From contig CM052818.1 in NCBI GenBank assembly GCA_028534125.1, positions 35,094,001-35,158,000 of the forward strand: a stretch of 64,000 nt of DNA, read 5' to 3'. The DNA is from Lama glama (Eukaryota). Of this stretch, positions 37,948 through 50,000 are shown piece by piece. The translations under genes were made by a program, and so were the position numbers. The notes beneath the pieces were generated by a model. The model was given only the letters and a program-made list of their open reading frames with translations, was not told where the DNA came from and did no database searches. How positions within the stretch are numbered: position 1 is the stretch's first letter; every line of letters starts with the position of its first letter.

Positions 37948-39118
37948 CTTTTTTTTTTAAACTTTTTTTATTGAGTAATAGTCATTTTACAATGTTGTGT
38001 CAAATTCCAGTGTAGAGCACAATTTTTCAGTTATACGTGAACATACATATATTCATTGTCAAACATTTTTTTTTTGCTGCAAGCTACCACAAGATATTAT
38101 ATATATTTCCCTGTGCTATACAGTATAATCTTGTTTATCTATTCTACATTTTGAAATCTCAGTCTGTCCCTTCCCACCCCCTGCCCCCTTGGCAACCACA
38201 AGTTTATATTCTATATCTATGAGTCTCTTTCTGTTTTGCATTTATGTTTTTTTATTTTTTAGATTCCACATAAGAGCGATCTCATATGGTATTTTTCTTT
38301 CTCTTTCTGGCTTACTTCACTTAGAATGACATTCTCCAGGAACATCCNNNNNNNNNNNNNNNNNNNNNNNNNNNNNNNNNNNNNNNNNNNNNNNNNNNNN
38401 NNNNNNNNNNNNNNNNNNNNNNNNNNNNNNNNNNNNNNNNNNNNNNNTGGGTCATATGGTAAGTCTATTCCTAGTCTTTTGAGGAATCTCCATACTGTTT
38501 TCCACAGTGGCTGCACCAAACTGCATTCCCACCAGCAGTGTAGGAGGGTTCCCTTTTCTCCACAGCCTCTCCAGCATTTGTCATTTGTGGACTTTTGCAT
38601 AATGGCCATTCTGGCTGGTGTGAGGTGATACTTCATTGTAGTTTTGATTTGCATTTCTCTGATATTTAGTGATACTGAGCATTTTTTCATGTGCCTATTG
38701 ATCATTTGTATTTCTTCCTTGGAGAATTGCTTGTTTAGGTCTTTTGCCCATTTTTGGATGGGGTTGTTTGTTTTTCTCTTATTAAGTCATATGAGCTGCT
38801 TATATATTCTGGAAATCAAGCCGTTGTTGGTTTTAATTGCAAAAATTTTCTCCCATTCCATAGGTTGTCGTTTTGTTTTATTTATGGTTTCCTTTGCTGT
38901 GCAGAAGCTTGTAAGTTTAATTAGGTCCCATTTGTTTATTCTTGCTTTTATTTCTATTGCTTGGGTAGACAGTCCTAGGGGAACATTTTTGAGATGTATG
39001 TCAGATAATGTTTTGCCTATATTTTCTTCTAGGAGGTTTATTGTATCTTGTTTTATGTTTAAGTCTTTGATCCATTTTGAGTTTATTTTTGTGTATGGTG
39101 TAAGGGAGTGTTCTAGCT
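37948..39118 (-). mobile_element. Relatively young 5'-truncated LINE-1 (ORF2 C-terminus + 3' UTR + polyA)
   Basis: ORF 38259..38705 ([26 protein letters not shown]...[19 protein letters not shown]...LPYDP) is the L1 ORF2p cysteine-rich C-terminus. TSD AGTTGAGA at 37940-37947 and 39119-39126. Contains the N gap. Confidence 0.95.
38348..38447. other. Assembly gap (100 N)
   Basis: Run of 100 N. Confidence 1.
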
Positions 39119-39779
39119 AGTTGAGATATTTTAAAACTAAGCATTCAGAATATGAAGATAAACTTATTGAGCTTTTTTCAGTGATGGTTATAGTCATGTG
39201 TAAATTAATAATCTTAAAATTTTATTTACCTAATGATACATTTTTAGACGTTTATTTGGAGATTTCCTGCTTTAGAGGTAAAAGATTAAAAGCCATAAAT
39301 CTTTGTTCTTCCTGTTTTAGTAAAACTGGCTGAAATAATATATAGACAAATTAAGAGTTTTAGTTTGGTGACGAACTATAATGTATCCTTCGTTAGCGAA
39401 TGCTGTTCCGGTACTCATAGAACACATCACTGAGGATTTGACATAAGTATTATATCAAATTATGGAGTGTGTGAGCATTCCTGTACATTTGGATAAAAGT
39501 TCAGAGCTTATGGTTTTGGTATAGTCCATTTTAGTAATGAAATGTGTGGAGACCTGCCTCTTTAACCCCCAAACCACTAAAAGGAAAGGTTTACCAGGGA
39601 ATATACTCAAATGACTTAAAATTTTACTGTGAAATAGGCATATAAAGCATAAAGAATAATACAATGTACCTAGAACCCAGCCTAGTAAACACATCATCAC
39701 TAATAGAGTTGGTATCCCTCTGCAGTCACATTATTCTGCTTCCATCTCCAGAGGAATTAGCTTTTTTCAGTTTGGTGAT

Positions 39780-42700
39780 GCATGTTTTATGTGCATGTAT
39801 AAAGAATTTGTATTTTGTCATTATTGGGTGGATTTTTCTAGAAAGGTCAATTAGAGCTAGTCGGCTGATGGTGTTGTTTTGTCCTTCCATATTCATCTTG
39901 ACTTTCTACTTGTGTTGATCATAGAGGAGTGTTGAAGTCTCCAAGTCTAAGTGTGGATTTAAGGGAGAGGGTATAGCTCAGTGGTAGAGCACATGCTTAG
40001 CATACATGAGGTCTTGGATTCAATCCCCAGTAAGTACTTCCTCTAAAAATAAATAAATAGACCCAACCCCCCCAACCCTCCCCCAAAATAAAAAAATTAG
40101 AAAAAAAAAGTGTGGATTTGTCTTTCTCCTTTCAGTTCTATCAATTTTTGCTTAGTGTATTTTGAGGCACTGTGATTACGTATGTAGATGTTTAGGATTG
40201 TTGTCTTTTTAGGGAATTCTGTATGTTACAGGCCCAACAATGTAATTTATAAATATTATTTTATCTGTATTGTATTAAAAAACAATTGCTCTTTAAATCA
40301 ATTAAGGGAATAAAGGAAAGAAATATGTAATTGTACTGTCTTAAAAAAACTTTATTTTTCAGAACATTTTTAGATTCACTGAAAAATTGAATAATAATAG
40401 AGAGTTCCTATGTGCATCCCATACCCTGTTCCCTCTGTTACTAACATTTTACATCAGTATGGTTCATTTGTTGCCGTTAATGAACTAATGATGATACATT
40501 ATTATTAACTAAAACCCTCACTTTATTCAGATGTCCTTAGTGTTTACCTAATGGCCTTTTTCTGTTCCAGAATCCCATCCAGAATACCACATCACATTTA
40601 GTTGTCATGTTTCCTTAGATTTCTCTCGGGTATGTCAGTTTGTCAGGCTTTTCTGAGCAAGCTTTTGATGAAACTTGACAGTTTTAAGGCATATTGGTCA
40701 GGCATTTTGTAGATTTTCCCTCAATTGAGATTTGCCGGATGTTTTCCTCATGATTAGATTGGGTTCATAGGTTTTTGGGAGGAAGCCCACAGAGGTAAAA
40801 TGCTATTTCATCACATTGTGTCAAGGGTACTGCTGTCAACATGGTTTATTAGGGCTGATGTTGCACTGGATCACCTGGCTGAGGTAGTGTTTATCAGGTT
40901 TCTCCACTGTCAAGTTATTTCCCTTTCCCCCTTCACCTCTTTGGAAGAAAGTCCAACTGTGCACGGCTCACGCATAAGGAGTGGGGAATTATGTTCCCGC
41001 CTTCTTCAGGGCAGAGTATCTATATAAATTATTTGGAATTTTTCTGTACAGGATATTTATAGATTTTTCATTTATTAATTTATTCAGTCATTGTTATCAG
41101 AATCAATTTAAGGATGTTTAATTCTATTTTATTTTGTTGCTGAAATTTTTCCCACTTTGGCCATTGGGCGCTCTTTCAGTTGGTCTCTATGTCCCTTTGG
41201 TATACACCTATCATATTTTTTTTTCTCCCAGGATGTCTTCACTTTCTATGTTATAAGATGCTCCAGGCTCATCTTGTATACTTCTTGCCTCAGGCATTTC
41301 TCAGAGAAGCCCTGGTTCCTTTTATTGGAGAATTATATTATAAACAAAAATTCGGGCACTAGATGTGCTCATTGCTATTGGGATATTGTTGTTTCTAGTC
41401 TCTCTTAGTTGGCAGAGCAAGGACGTGTCTATGTGTATGCTAATATGCTCATACGTACTAACGCTTTTATGTGTAACTATCCATGTATCTATACTAAGTT
41501 AACCATGAATTATACTGATGTCTCCAGTGGTAATCCATTCCATTACCACCTGGATCATTCTAGCGTCTCACCTTGCTTATCTGTAACCTCACATTCCACC
41601 ACCTGCCATTTGTTTACTTAATTGTTCAATTATGCATATGTGCGTAGCAATATCAGAATTGTTAACCCATAACCTGTGGAAAACTAGAGTACAGTACTCA
41701 CGTATATTTTATTTTACCTTTAGACTTACAGCGTCCATTCACTTCCAGAGTTACTTAGGTCTCTATACTTCGCCTCCCTACCCCCACCGTTCAGTGGGGT
41801 TGTTTCATATATTTATAATTCAGTTAGATTGTTTTCTCATATTCTGCATTGTATCCTGGGATCCTCTGACTTCCTAAAGGATTTTTTAAAAATTTGCATG
41901 CATTAAGGTTCACTCTGTGTTGTAAATTTCTTTTGGTTTTCACAAATGCGTAGTGTCGGTACCCAACATTACAGGATCATATGGAAGTTTTATCACCCTA
42001 AAAATTCACCTGTGCTTCCCCTGTTCATTCCTCTTCCCTTCTTCCCAAATCTGGCAGTCACTGATCATTTTACCATTTGTATAATTTTGTTTTTCCTGGA
42101 AGGTCATAAAATTGGAATCATACAGTATGTAGCCTTTTCAGACTGGCTTTTCCACTTAGCAATATGCATTTAAGCTTCATGTCTTTTCATGGCTTAATAA
42201 CTTATTTATTATTGCTGAACAATATTCCATTTATGAAAAGAGCAGTTTGTTTATCCATTCACCTACTGAAGGGCATCTTGGTTGCTTTCAGTATTTGGTA
42301 GTTGTGAATAAAGCTGGTGTAAACATTTGGGTCAGCTTTGTGTTAATATACATTTTCCACTCAGCTGGGTAAATACCTAGTGCAGTTGCTGAGTTGCATG
42401 GTAAGACTATGATTAGTTTTGTTAGAGACTGCAAAACTGTCTACCAGCAAGGCTGTGTGTTCCTACTAGCAGGATGAGAGTTCCTGTTGCTCCACATTCT
42501 TGTCAGAATTTACTATTGACAGTTTATGGATTTTAGCCATTCTGATAGGTGTACAGTGGTATCTCATTGTTGTTTTACTTTGTAATTTCCTAATGACAAA
42601 AGATGTTGAACATCTTTTCATATGCTTACCTTCTGTATATCTTCTTTGGTGAGGTGTCTGTTCAGATTTTGATCATTTTTTATATTGGACTGTTTTCTTA

Positions 42701-43655
42701 TTGTTGAGTTGTAAGAGTTCTTTTCATAATTTGGATGCAAGTTCTTCATCAGGTATGTGTTTTGAAAATATTTCTTTCACTCTGGGGCTTTACTTTTCAT
42801 TCTTTCAACAGTATCTTTTGAAGAGCAGTTAACTTTGGTAAGATCCAACTCATCAATTTTTCCTTTCATGGATTGTGCTTTTGGTATCATTCATTCAGTT
42901 TGGCAGTGGGCTTATGTCATTAAATAACCTTTTCTAGGAACCTAACAGTTTCAACTCCTATCAGATGGAAGAAACTTCACTTAAATTCTCAGAGTTAGGA
43001 CCCTGGTTTCCTTTCATTTTGTACACTGAAGCTATATTCTGGTTCTTTTTTTTTAAATTTTGCTTTAAAGATATTTATTGTTGCATTGTTCATATAGTAA
43101 TAGATAGTTGGAAATAATTGCCAACAGTCAAGGCTTGGGTGAATGTGATAAAATTCCATTCCATCATTCAAAATTATGGCTTTGATATAGAAAGGTATTC
43201 AAATATATTGTTTAAAGTTTTCCCCCAGCTTTGTTGAGGTCTACTGACAAATAAAATGGTATGTATTTAAATTGTACAACATGATGATTTGATAATTGTA
43301 TACATTGTGAAATGATTACTACAATTAAGTTAATTACCTCACACAGTTACCTTTTTTGTGTGTGCGGTGGTGGTTTAAGATCTACTCTCTTAGCAAATTT
43401 CAGGTATACACTGGAGTATTATCAACTACAGGCACCATGCTCCACATTTGATCCTCAGAACTTATTCACCATATAACTGAAAGTTTGTACCTCTGACCAA
43501 CATCTCCCCATTCCCCCCACTCCCCAGACTCTGGCAACTACTAATCTACTTTGCTTCTATGATGAGTTTGACTTTTTGTTTTTGTATTATTAGATTCCAC
43601 ATATGAGTGAGATTATATAGTATTTGTCTTTCTCTGTCTGGCTTATTTCACTTTG
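39780..43655 (-). mobile_element. Nested old L1M elements (L1MC/MA-like)
   Basis: Long T-rich L1 3' UTR/ORF2-end signatures (TAGCCTTTTCAGACTGGCTT, GGTATCTCATTGTTGTTTT, AGATTCCACATATGAGTGAGAT). Confidence 0.75.
39963..40107 (+). mobile_element. tRNA-derived SINE (vic-1-like, long form)
   Basis: GGGAGAGGGTATAGCTCAGTGGTAGAGC...GGATTCAATCCCCAG. TSD AAGTGTGGATTT at 39949-39960 and 40108-40119. Confidence 0.9.
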
Positions 43656-45364
43656 TGCTCTGTGTTTTGTTTTGTTTTTTAATCGAGTGGAATGAAGCTC
43701 CTGAGTAGGGTGATTTGAATCCAGTGAAGATCAGACATGTTTGAATGGATGTATCTGGTGGATTTCTCTGAGTATCCACAGGATGAACTCAGGAAGAAGA
43801 GGTTGCAGAGCCCTGAGATCACGGTGTCATAGAATTTTATTTGTGCATTTATGCGGACAAAGATTTTGGCAGTTGAAATGGGGGAAAAAAGGGTGGATGT
43901 GAGAGTGATTATGAGGAAGGAAGTGGCAGTGTTTGAAATCAGGGTTAGTATGTGAAGTGAATGATAAGGAGGTGTTGGTTACCTCTGGATTATGAGACTA
44001 AGAAAAGGCAAAGTGCCAGGAATCCAAGTGGAAGGAAAAAGAGAGATGTGTTTACACTCCTGGAAGTGTTTATCTTGAAGGTTATATCAGGAAGAAGGAT
44101 TTATAATCAGGTGTGGTGATAGGATTAGATCCTTGTCGAGTGTGGACTATTAAAATCATGATTACAAAGATGGAGGTATCCATATAGAGCACGAGGATGG
44201 AGTCACACTAAGGCCAAGGGAAATCATTTATAGAAATCTTAGTTAATGTGTACCCCATAAATTTGGATTTTATGAAATCTGAACTTTAAGCGTGGTTGAA
44301 ATGAAAAGACTTAATATTTAGTTTGAGTTCTACCAGAAGCTGACTCTCAGACAAGAACTTCAGTGCAAATGTTTTGTTTTGGAGGTTATCCCGGCAAATA
44401 CCAGCAGGGGACAGAGAAGTGAGATAGGGAAGGAAGTCAGCAAATAAAGGGTTTGTTATCAAGCAAGTTACCACCGCGGGTAACTGAGCTTATTCCCACC
44501 GGGGAGCTCTAGGAGCCAATGTAAAACGTGTCCTCAGAGTTACAACCCTTGACAGGCCAAGACAGAGTATTTATGTATCACCCACATCAATCATTGGTCG
44601 AAACTGTTTCCGGGGAATGGTAAACCTGTAGTATTTCAGGCCTGTCATGCAAGGAGCAAAATGGACTTCAGAGATCAGAGAAAGCTGGATTCTCTGTTTA
44701 AAAAACACAAAAAAGCAGATGCTGTCAGTCTAGTATAGAAGGACTCAGTAAAGGTTGGGATACATAGGAAGGGGAGCACCCTATTAACTCTTTATACCCT
44801 GCTGTGTGGTTCTAGCATCTCCGATTCATTTTCTATAGGTCACCAACGCCCTCCCCGCAATCGGTTTAAGTGAGCCAATCCAGCAGCACATTTGGACTGG
44901 TACCAGGTGTCCTTTTCAGAACATTAAATCCTGGGTCATGGGATGAGTGCCGCCATATCAACAAGCTTTTTCTTACCGACCTTACATCTGCCCCCCAAGT
45001 TCAGCATCTCAAGATCCATTCCCAGATATGTTCTCCCAGTTCCTGCCGGTGTGTATTGACAGGTCCAGCAGCCGTTTTGATGAATCATCCCTTTTCCATC
45101 CAAAGCGAGGACGTTGCCTCCCTATTCTGATGATGCCAAGACTTGACCCTAGTTGTTAGCCTAGAAGCAGTGAGGAGGGCAGGGACAGATCCTGGGGAGG
45201 GTCAGCATCTTTTGAGACATGCATCTCAGATGAGGCCTTTGCACAGTCTTTAGGCAGAGGAGACTGCCCTTGTAGCAAGGGCAAGGGAGCCATTTCTTCT
45301 AGCCCATAGGGTTCAGGAGAATCTTGGCAGAACTGTGAACTCAATCTTCTTTGTAATTTGCTGA

Positions 45365-45407
<43 letters not shown>

Positions 45408-45418
45408 TTTTTTTTTTA
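45365..45418. repeat. (CTTT)n plus polyT, derived from the RPL17 retrocopy tail
   Basis: Direct reading; lies between the TSD and the RPL17 3' end. Confidence 0.9.
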
Positions 45419-46057
45419 CTTTTATTTGCATTTATTTTTTGCTGAATTTATTCTTGGACAATAAGTTTTTGTTTCCTCAGTTTATTCTGGGATATCTTTT
45501 TCTTCTGTGCAACCTCCTCTTCTGGTTTAGGAACAATCTGCTCTTTTTCAGTAAGGATCGTCTCAGTGTGGCAGGGAGAGCTCTTTCAATGTGGCAGGGA
45601 GAGCTCATGTAAGGGTTGATCTGACCATGAGCTCCGTAAGTCCTGCACCGCATCTTGGGAGCTTTGTTCACCTGGATGTGCTCAATGACCAGTGAATCTA
45701 CATCTAAGCCCTTAAATTCTGCATTACTTTGTGCATTTTTGAGCATGTGCGGTAAAAATTCAGCCCTCTTTTTGGGCCATCGACTCTGTGTCCACCCCAC
45801 TGTTTTGCCTGGACACACCTACCAGCTCCACTGTAACGACAGAACGGCACACACTACTTCTGTAAAGTGACAGCCTTCAGGTACTTGGTGGCTTTTCAGA
45901 TATGCATACCCTTAATGGCCTGGGCAGCTTCACGAGTGTTCTTAAAGTGAACACGAAGATCTGAACCTCTCATTTGCATGATTTTGTGGGCTTTTCTGGG
46001 TCAAGTGAATAGCGAACCATTTTTAGAGGTCACCTCAGGCTGCCTACTGGAAAAAGC
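45370..46057 (-). pseudogene. RPL17: Full-length processed pseudogene of 60S ribosomal protein L17 (uL22)
   Basis: Minus strand: pyrimidine 5' end (CTTTTTCC), ATG at 46020 [16 protein letters not shown], internal [41 protein letters not shown]-terminus [18 protein letters not shown] (stop 45448-45450), AATAAA and A/(GAAA)n tail. No introns. Frameshift and TGA at 45970-45972. 11-bp TSD TGCTGACTTTC at 45359-45369 and 46058-46068. Confidence 0.96.
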
Positions 46058-47039
46058 TGCTGACTTTCATAATCAGAATTTGAGCCTGATTTTTAACACA
46101 ATCTGCTCTCAAGTTTTGGGAGCTGAGGGTTCCTTAAGATGCTGCCATAGAGGTCTTCTGGCTGTCATGCCATGCTCTGAGTTGGTACTTGGTTGATTTA
46201 AGCCTTGACATTTTCTTTCTGTTGTGCATCAATCTTACTTAACAAAAGCTCAAACATTTAATTGTCTTTAAAATTTCTGATGCCCCCCCCCCAAAATGCT
46301 AAAGCTATTGCATAAGCCGTCTTCTCCTACCCATATCCCTTTACTCGCTCCACCACATCAGGAGTCTTAGTAGTATCAGTGCAGCAGCATGCCAGGGGCT
46401 CTCACCAAGCCACTTACTACAGGCGCTGGAATCCTTGTCATCTGGTTAGTGAGTGATCCACTTAGAGAGTTCATTTTGAAGGTCTGTTTTACAGGATCAA
46501 ATCTGTCTTATTTTGCATTACCCTAGAAGCAAATGGGCTACAAGCACTCAAGTGCAAGTTTTAATTTTAATGTTTAATTTTTATTTTTTAAGATGGCCCT
46601 AGGAAATACTTCTACTAAGAAGAATGGAGAAGTAAGACAAAGAAGAGAAACTAGCTGATAAAGGGTTTCTTATCAGGCATCATGAGTAAGCGAAGTTAAT
46701 TCTAATGGGGCGCTCAGAAAGCCAGTGGAAAACATTGCTTCAGAGTTATTCCCTCTGATGGGTAAAGGAGCTGGAGTATTTATGTTAACTTCCATGAGTG
46801 GGAGGGCTGCTATCCAGGGATGTTAATTCTCTGGTACTTCTGGACTGCCCTGCAGGTGTCAAAGCAGTCTTCAGGAGCCAGAAAAAGCCCTTAGGTAAAG
46901 AAATGCAGATGCTGGCCACTGGCAGCTGATCATTCATGCATCAAAGTGGTAATATGGGTGAGAGAATAAAGGCAGGGCATCAACAGGTTCTGCCACACCT
47001 GCTAAGTCAGCAAATAAGGTCAGTGTTGCTACTGTTGAG

Positions 47040-50000
47040 TAACAAGCTTTTCTTCTATGTTGGTTTGGTTTTGAGTGTTTTAAAAAATAAATACATTTTT
47101 CTGGATACTGGTCCTGTGTCAGACATGTGATTTCCAGATACTTTTCTCTCAGTGTGTAGCTTGTCTTTTCATTTCTTATTGCTTTCTTCCATAGAACAAA
47201 ATTATTTAATTTTGGTGACATTCAATTTATTACTATTATTTTCTTCTATGGCTTGCACTTTTGGTGTGATGTACGAGACCATGAAGATTTTTCTCCCATG
47301 TTTTCTTCTAAAGCTTCTATACTTATATATTTTACATTTACACCTATCTTCCATTTTGAATTAAGTTTTGTATATGATGTGAGGCATAAGTGAAAGTTCA
47401 TCCTTTGACATGAATAACTATGTTTTTCCAACACCAAGGCTATCCTTTCTTCATTGAATTTCTTTTGCACCTTAAAAAATCAAATGGTAATATTTGTGTG
47501 GCTCTCTGGTCTCTGTTCTGTTTCATTGATCTGTGTACCTGTGTCTGCCAATATCATGCTGCCTTGATTACTGTAGCTTTTTAGTAATTTTTAAAATTTA
47601 GTATGTGGCTTGAACTTTATCCCTCCTTTTCAAAATTATCTTTTCTATTCCTTTAGCCTATGCATATAAAATTCAGAATCTATATTTACAAAAAAACTCT
47701 GCTAGGATTTTGATTAGATGATATGCCTTTCTTTTTGTTTAGGTTTTTAAAAAAATTATGTCATCAGTGTTTTATAGTTCTAGTTTATAGATCCTGTACT
47801 TATTTTGTTAGTGTATACCTAAGAGTCTTGTTTTTATTACAGATGTTGTAAGTGCTATTTTGAAAATACTGTTTTTATAACTGACTCACTATGCTGTACA
47901 CCAGAAGTTAACACAACATTGTAAACCAACTATACTTAAATAAAAATTTAAAAAAAATTCAATTTCTAATTGTGTAATGCTATTATATAGAACTGTGGTT
48001 AAATTTTGTGTTTTTGCATTGTTTCCTGCAACATTGTTAAACTCACTTTTTAGTTCTAGGATCTTTTTTTTGTGTGTTATTTTGGATTTTCTGCAAAAAT
48101 AGTGTTGTTGTCTGCAAACAGGTATAATTTGATTTTTTCCTTCCCAATCTGTTTTCCTTTTGTTTCTTTTCTTCTTATTTCACTGGCTAAGACAACCCAT
48201 ATAATGTTGAATATAAGTGGTAAGGGTGGGCATCCTTGCCTCGTTGCCAGTCTTAGGGGAAAAGCATTCAGTTTTTTACCACTAAGCGTGACATTAGCTG
48301 CAGGCTTTCTTGTGGGTGCTCTTTATCAAGTAGAGGAAGTTTTTATTTTTAGTTTGTTGAGTTTATCATCATGAACAGACATTGTATTTTGTCATGTGCA
48401 CTTTAGCATCTGCTATGATCACGTGTATCTTTAGACTGTTAATATGTTGGATTATATTGATTAATTTTCAAATATTGAATTGGCCTTTTATTCCTGTGAT
48501 AAACCCCAGTTGCTTCTGGGGTTTTTATATATTACTGGCTTCAATTTACAGTATTTTGTTGAGGATTTTTTGTGTCTGTGTTCACAAGGGATATTGTTTA
48601 TTTGCCTTTGTACCGTCTTTGTCTAGTTTTGGTATCAGGAATTACTGGCTGTTTTAAATGAATTGGAATGTATTCTTTTATATTTTCTGGTAGAGACTGT
48701 GGAATTGGTGTTATTTCTTCTAACATCTTTTATATTGCTGTTCTTTCATTTGTCATTCAGGTTTCCTTCTGGAATCATTTCTTTTCTTTCTGAAGAACTT
48801 CATTTAGCAGTTCTTTCAGAGCATGTCTGCTGGTTACAAATTCTATTTTTCTAAATTTCTGGAGTATTTATTCTCTTAGTATAGTATTGTGGGTTGAGTC
48901 TTTTCTTTTAGTACTGTAAAAGTATTGTTTCACCATATTTTGTCCTCCATAATTTCTGATGAGAAATCCAAAGAAGACAATATCATTATTCCTCTTTAGC
49001 AGGAGTTGGCCAACTATGGCCTGTGGGTTGATCGCCTATTTGTTTTCTAAATAAAGTTTTAACAAGGCCACACCCATTTGTCTACATACATAGCTGCTCT
49101 CATGCTGCAGTGGCACTGTTGAGTAATTGTGACAGAGACCATTTGGCCTGCAAACCCAAAATATTTACTGTTTGACTCTGTAAGAAAAGATGTGCTGATC
49201 CCTGACCTATGGGGGTAATGTGTTCTTTTATTCTGGCTTCTTTCAGGAGTATTTCTTTGTCTTTAGTTTTCAACAGTTTGATTACGATGTATCCATTATG
49301 ATGGATTTCTTTGGCTTTTAACTTGTTTGAGGTTTTCTCACTTTCTTGAATTTGTAGGTACATGTCTTTCACCAAATTTGGTGAGTTTTCAGCCATTATG
49401 TCTTTATGTATCGGCTTAGCACCACTCACCACACTCTTTTCTCCTGGAATCCTGATGGCATGATGAATGTTAGACCTTTTGTTTTTATCTACCAAATCCC
49501 TGAGACATTATTCCTTAAAGAATTTTTTTCTATTGTTCAGATTGGATAATTTCTGTCTGATCTGTCTTATTGTGCAGTTTTCTCTGTCATCTCCATTCTA
49601 CTATTGAATCCATCCAGTGAATGCCACCCCACCTTGGTTATTGTATATTTCAGTCCTAACATTTGGTTCCTCTTGATATCTTTTGTTTGTCTGCTAACAG
49701 TGTTTTGACATTTGTTTCTAGAGTGTTTGTGATTGCTTATTTGAGCATTTTTATAATTGCTGCTTTCAAGTCTCTTTCAGATTACTGAAGTCTGTTACAG
49801 ATTACAGATCTTTGTCATCTTGTCAGTGGCAAGTGTTGATTTTCTTTTCCATTGTGAGTGAAGATTTTTCTTAGTTCTTTGTTCGCCATATAATTTTGTA
49901 TCGTTTCTTGGACATTTAGAACATTATGGCTGTGGTTCTAATGTCAGTTCAATTTTCAAGTCCTTTTCAGTGCTATTCAGATCTGTACCATGTGTGTGCC

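Larger units (their letters stand above)
37305..39200 (+). mobile_element. hAT/Charlie-type DNA transposon remnant split by the L1 at 37948-39118
   Basis: TIR-like ATGGTTTCTAAAGTG, transposase-like start MDKGLEKIPAKKLQIE at ~37632, and after the L1 LRYFKTKHSEYEDKLIELF, resembling the Charlie BED-finger end (L.RHL.TKH.E..DKP..FF). Confidence 0.6.
44314..46997 (-). mobile_element. Ancient ERVL provirus remnant (LTR16-like LTRs with ERV3-16A3-like internal region), internally deleted
   Basis: Two similar LTRs at ~44314-44790 and 46504-46997 (the latter TG...CA on the minus strand). Gag-like remnant RQELGEHIWEWILR at ~45010-45050 on the minus strand. Interrupted by the RPL17 retrocopy. Confidence 0.75.

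Noticed and set aside
38644..39120. 158-aa hydrophobic ORF resembling a membrane protein
   Set aside because: It is the antisense reading of A-rich L1 ORF2, a common artefact.
39963..40035. tRNA-like sequences (also at 11386, 16244, 30526, 52745, 58441) as tRNA genes
   Set aside because: They have A-rich tails, TSDs and divergent stems, so they are SINEs.
45477..45818. RPL17-like ORF as a functional gene
   Set aside because: Upstream frameshift and stop, internal duplication, many substitutions, polyA tail and TSD mark it as a processed pseudogene.
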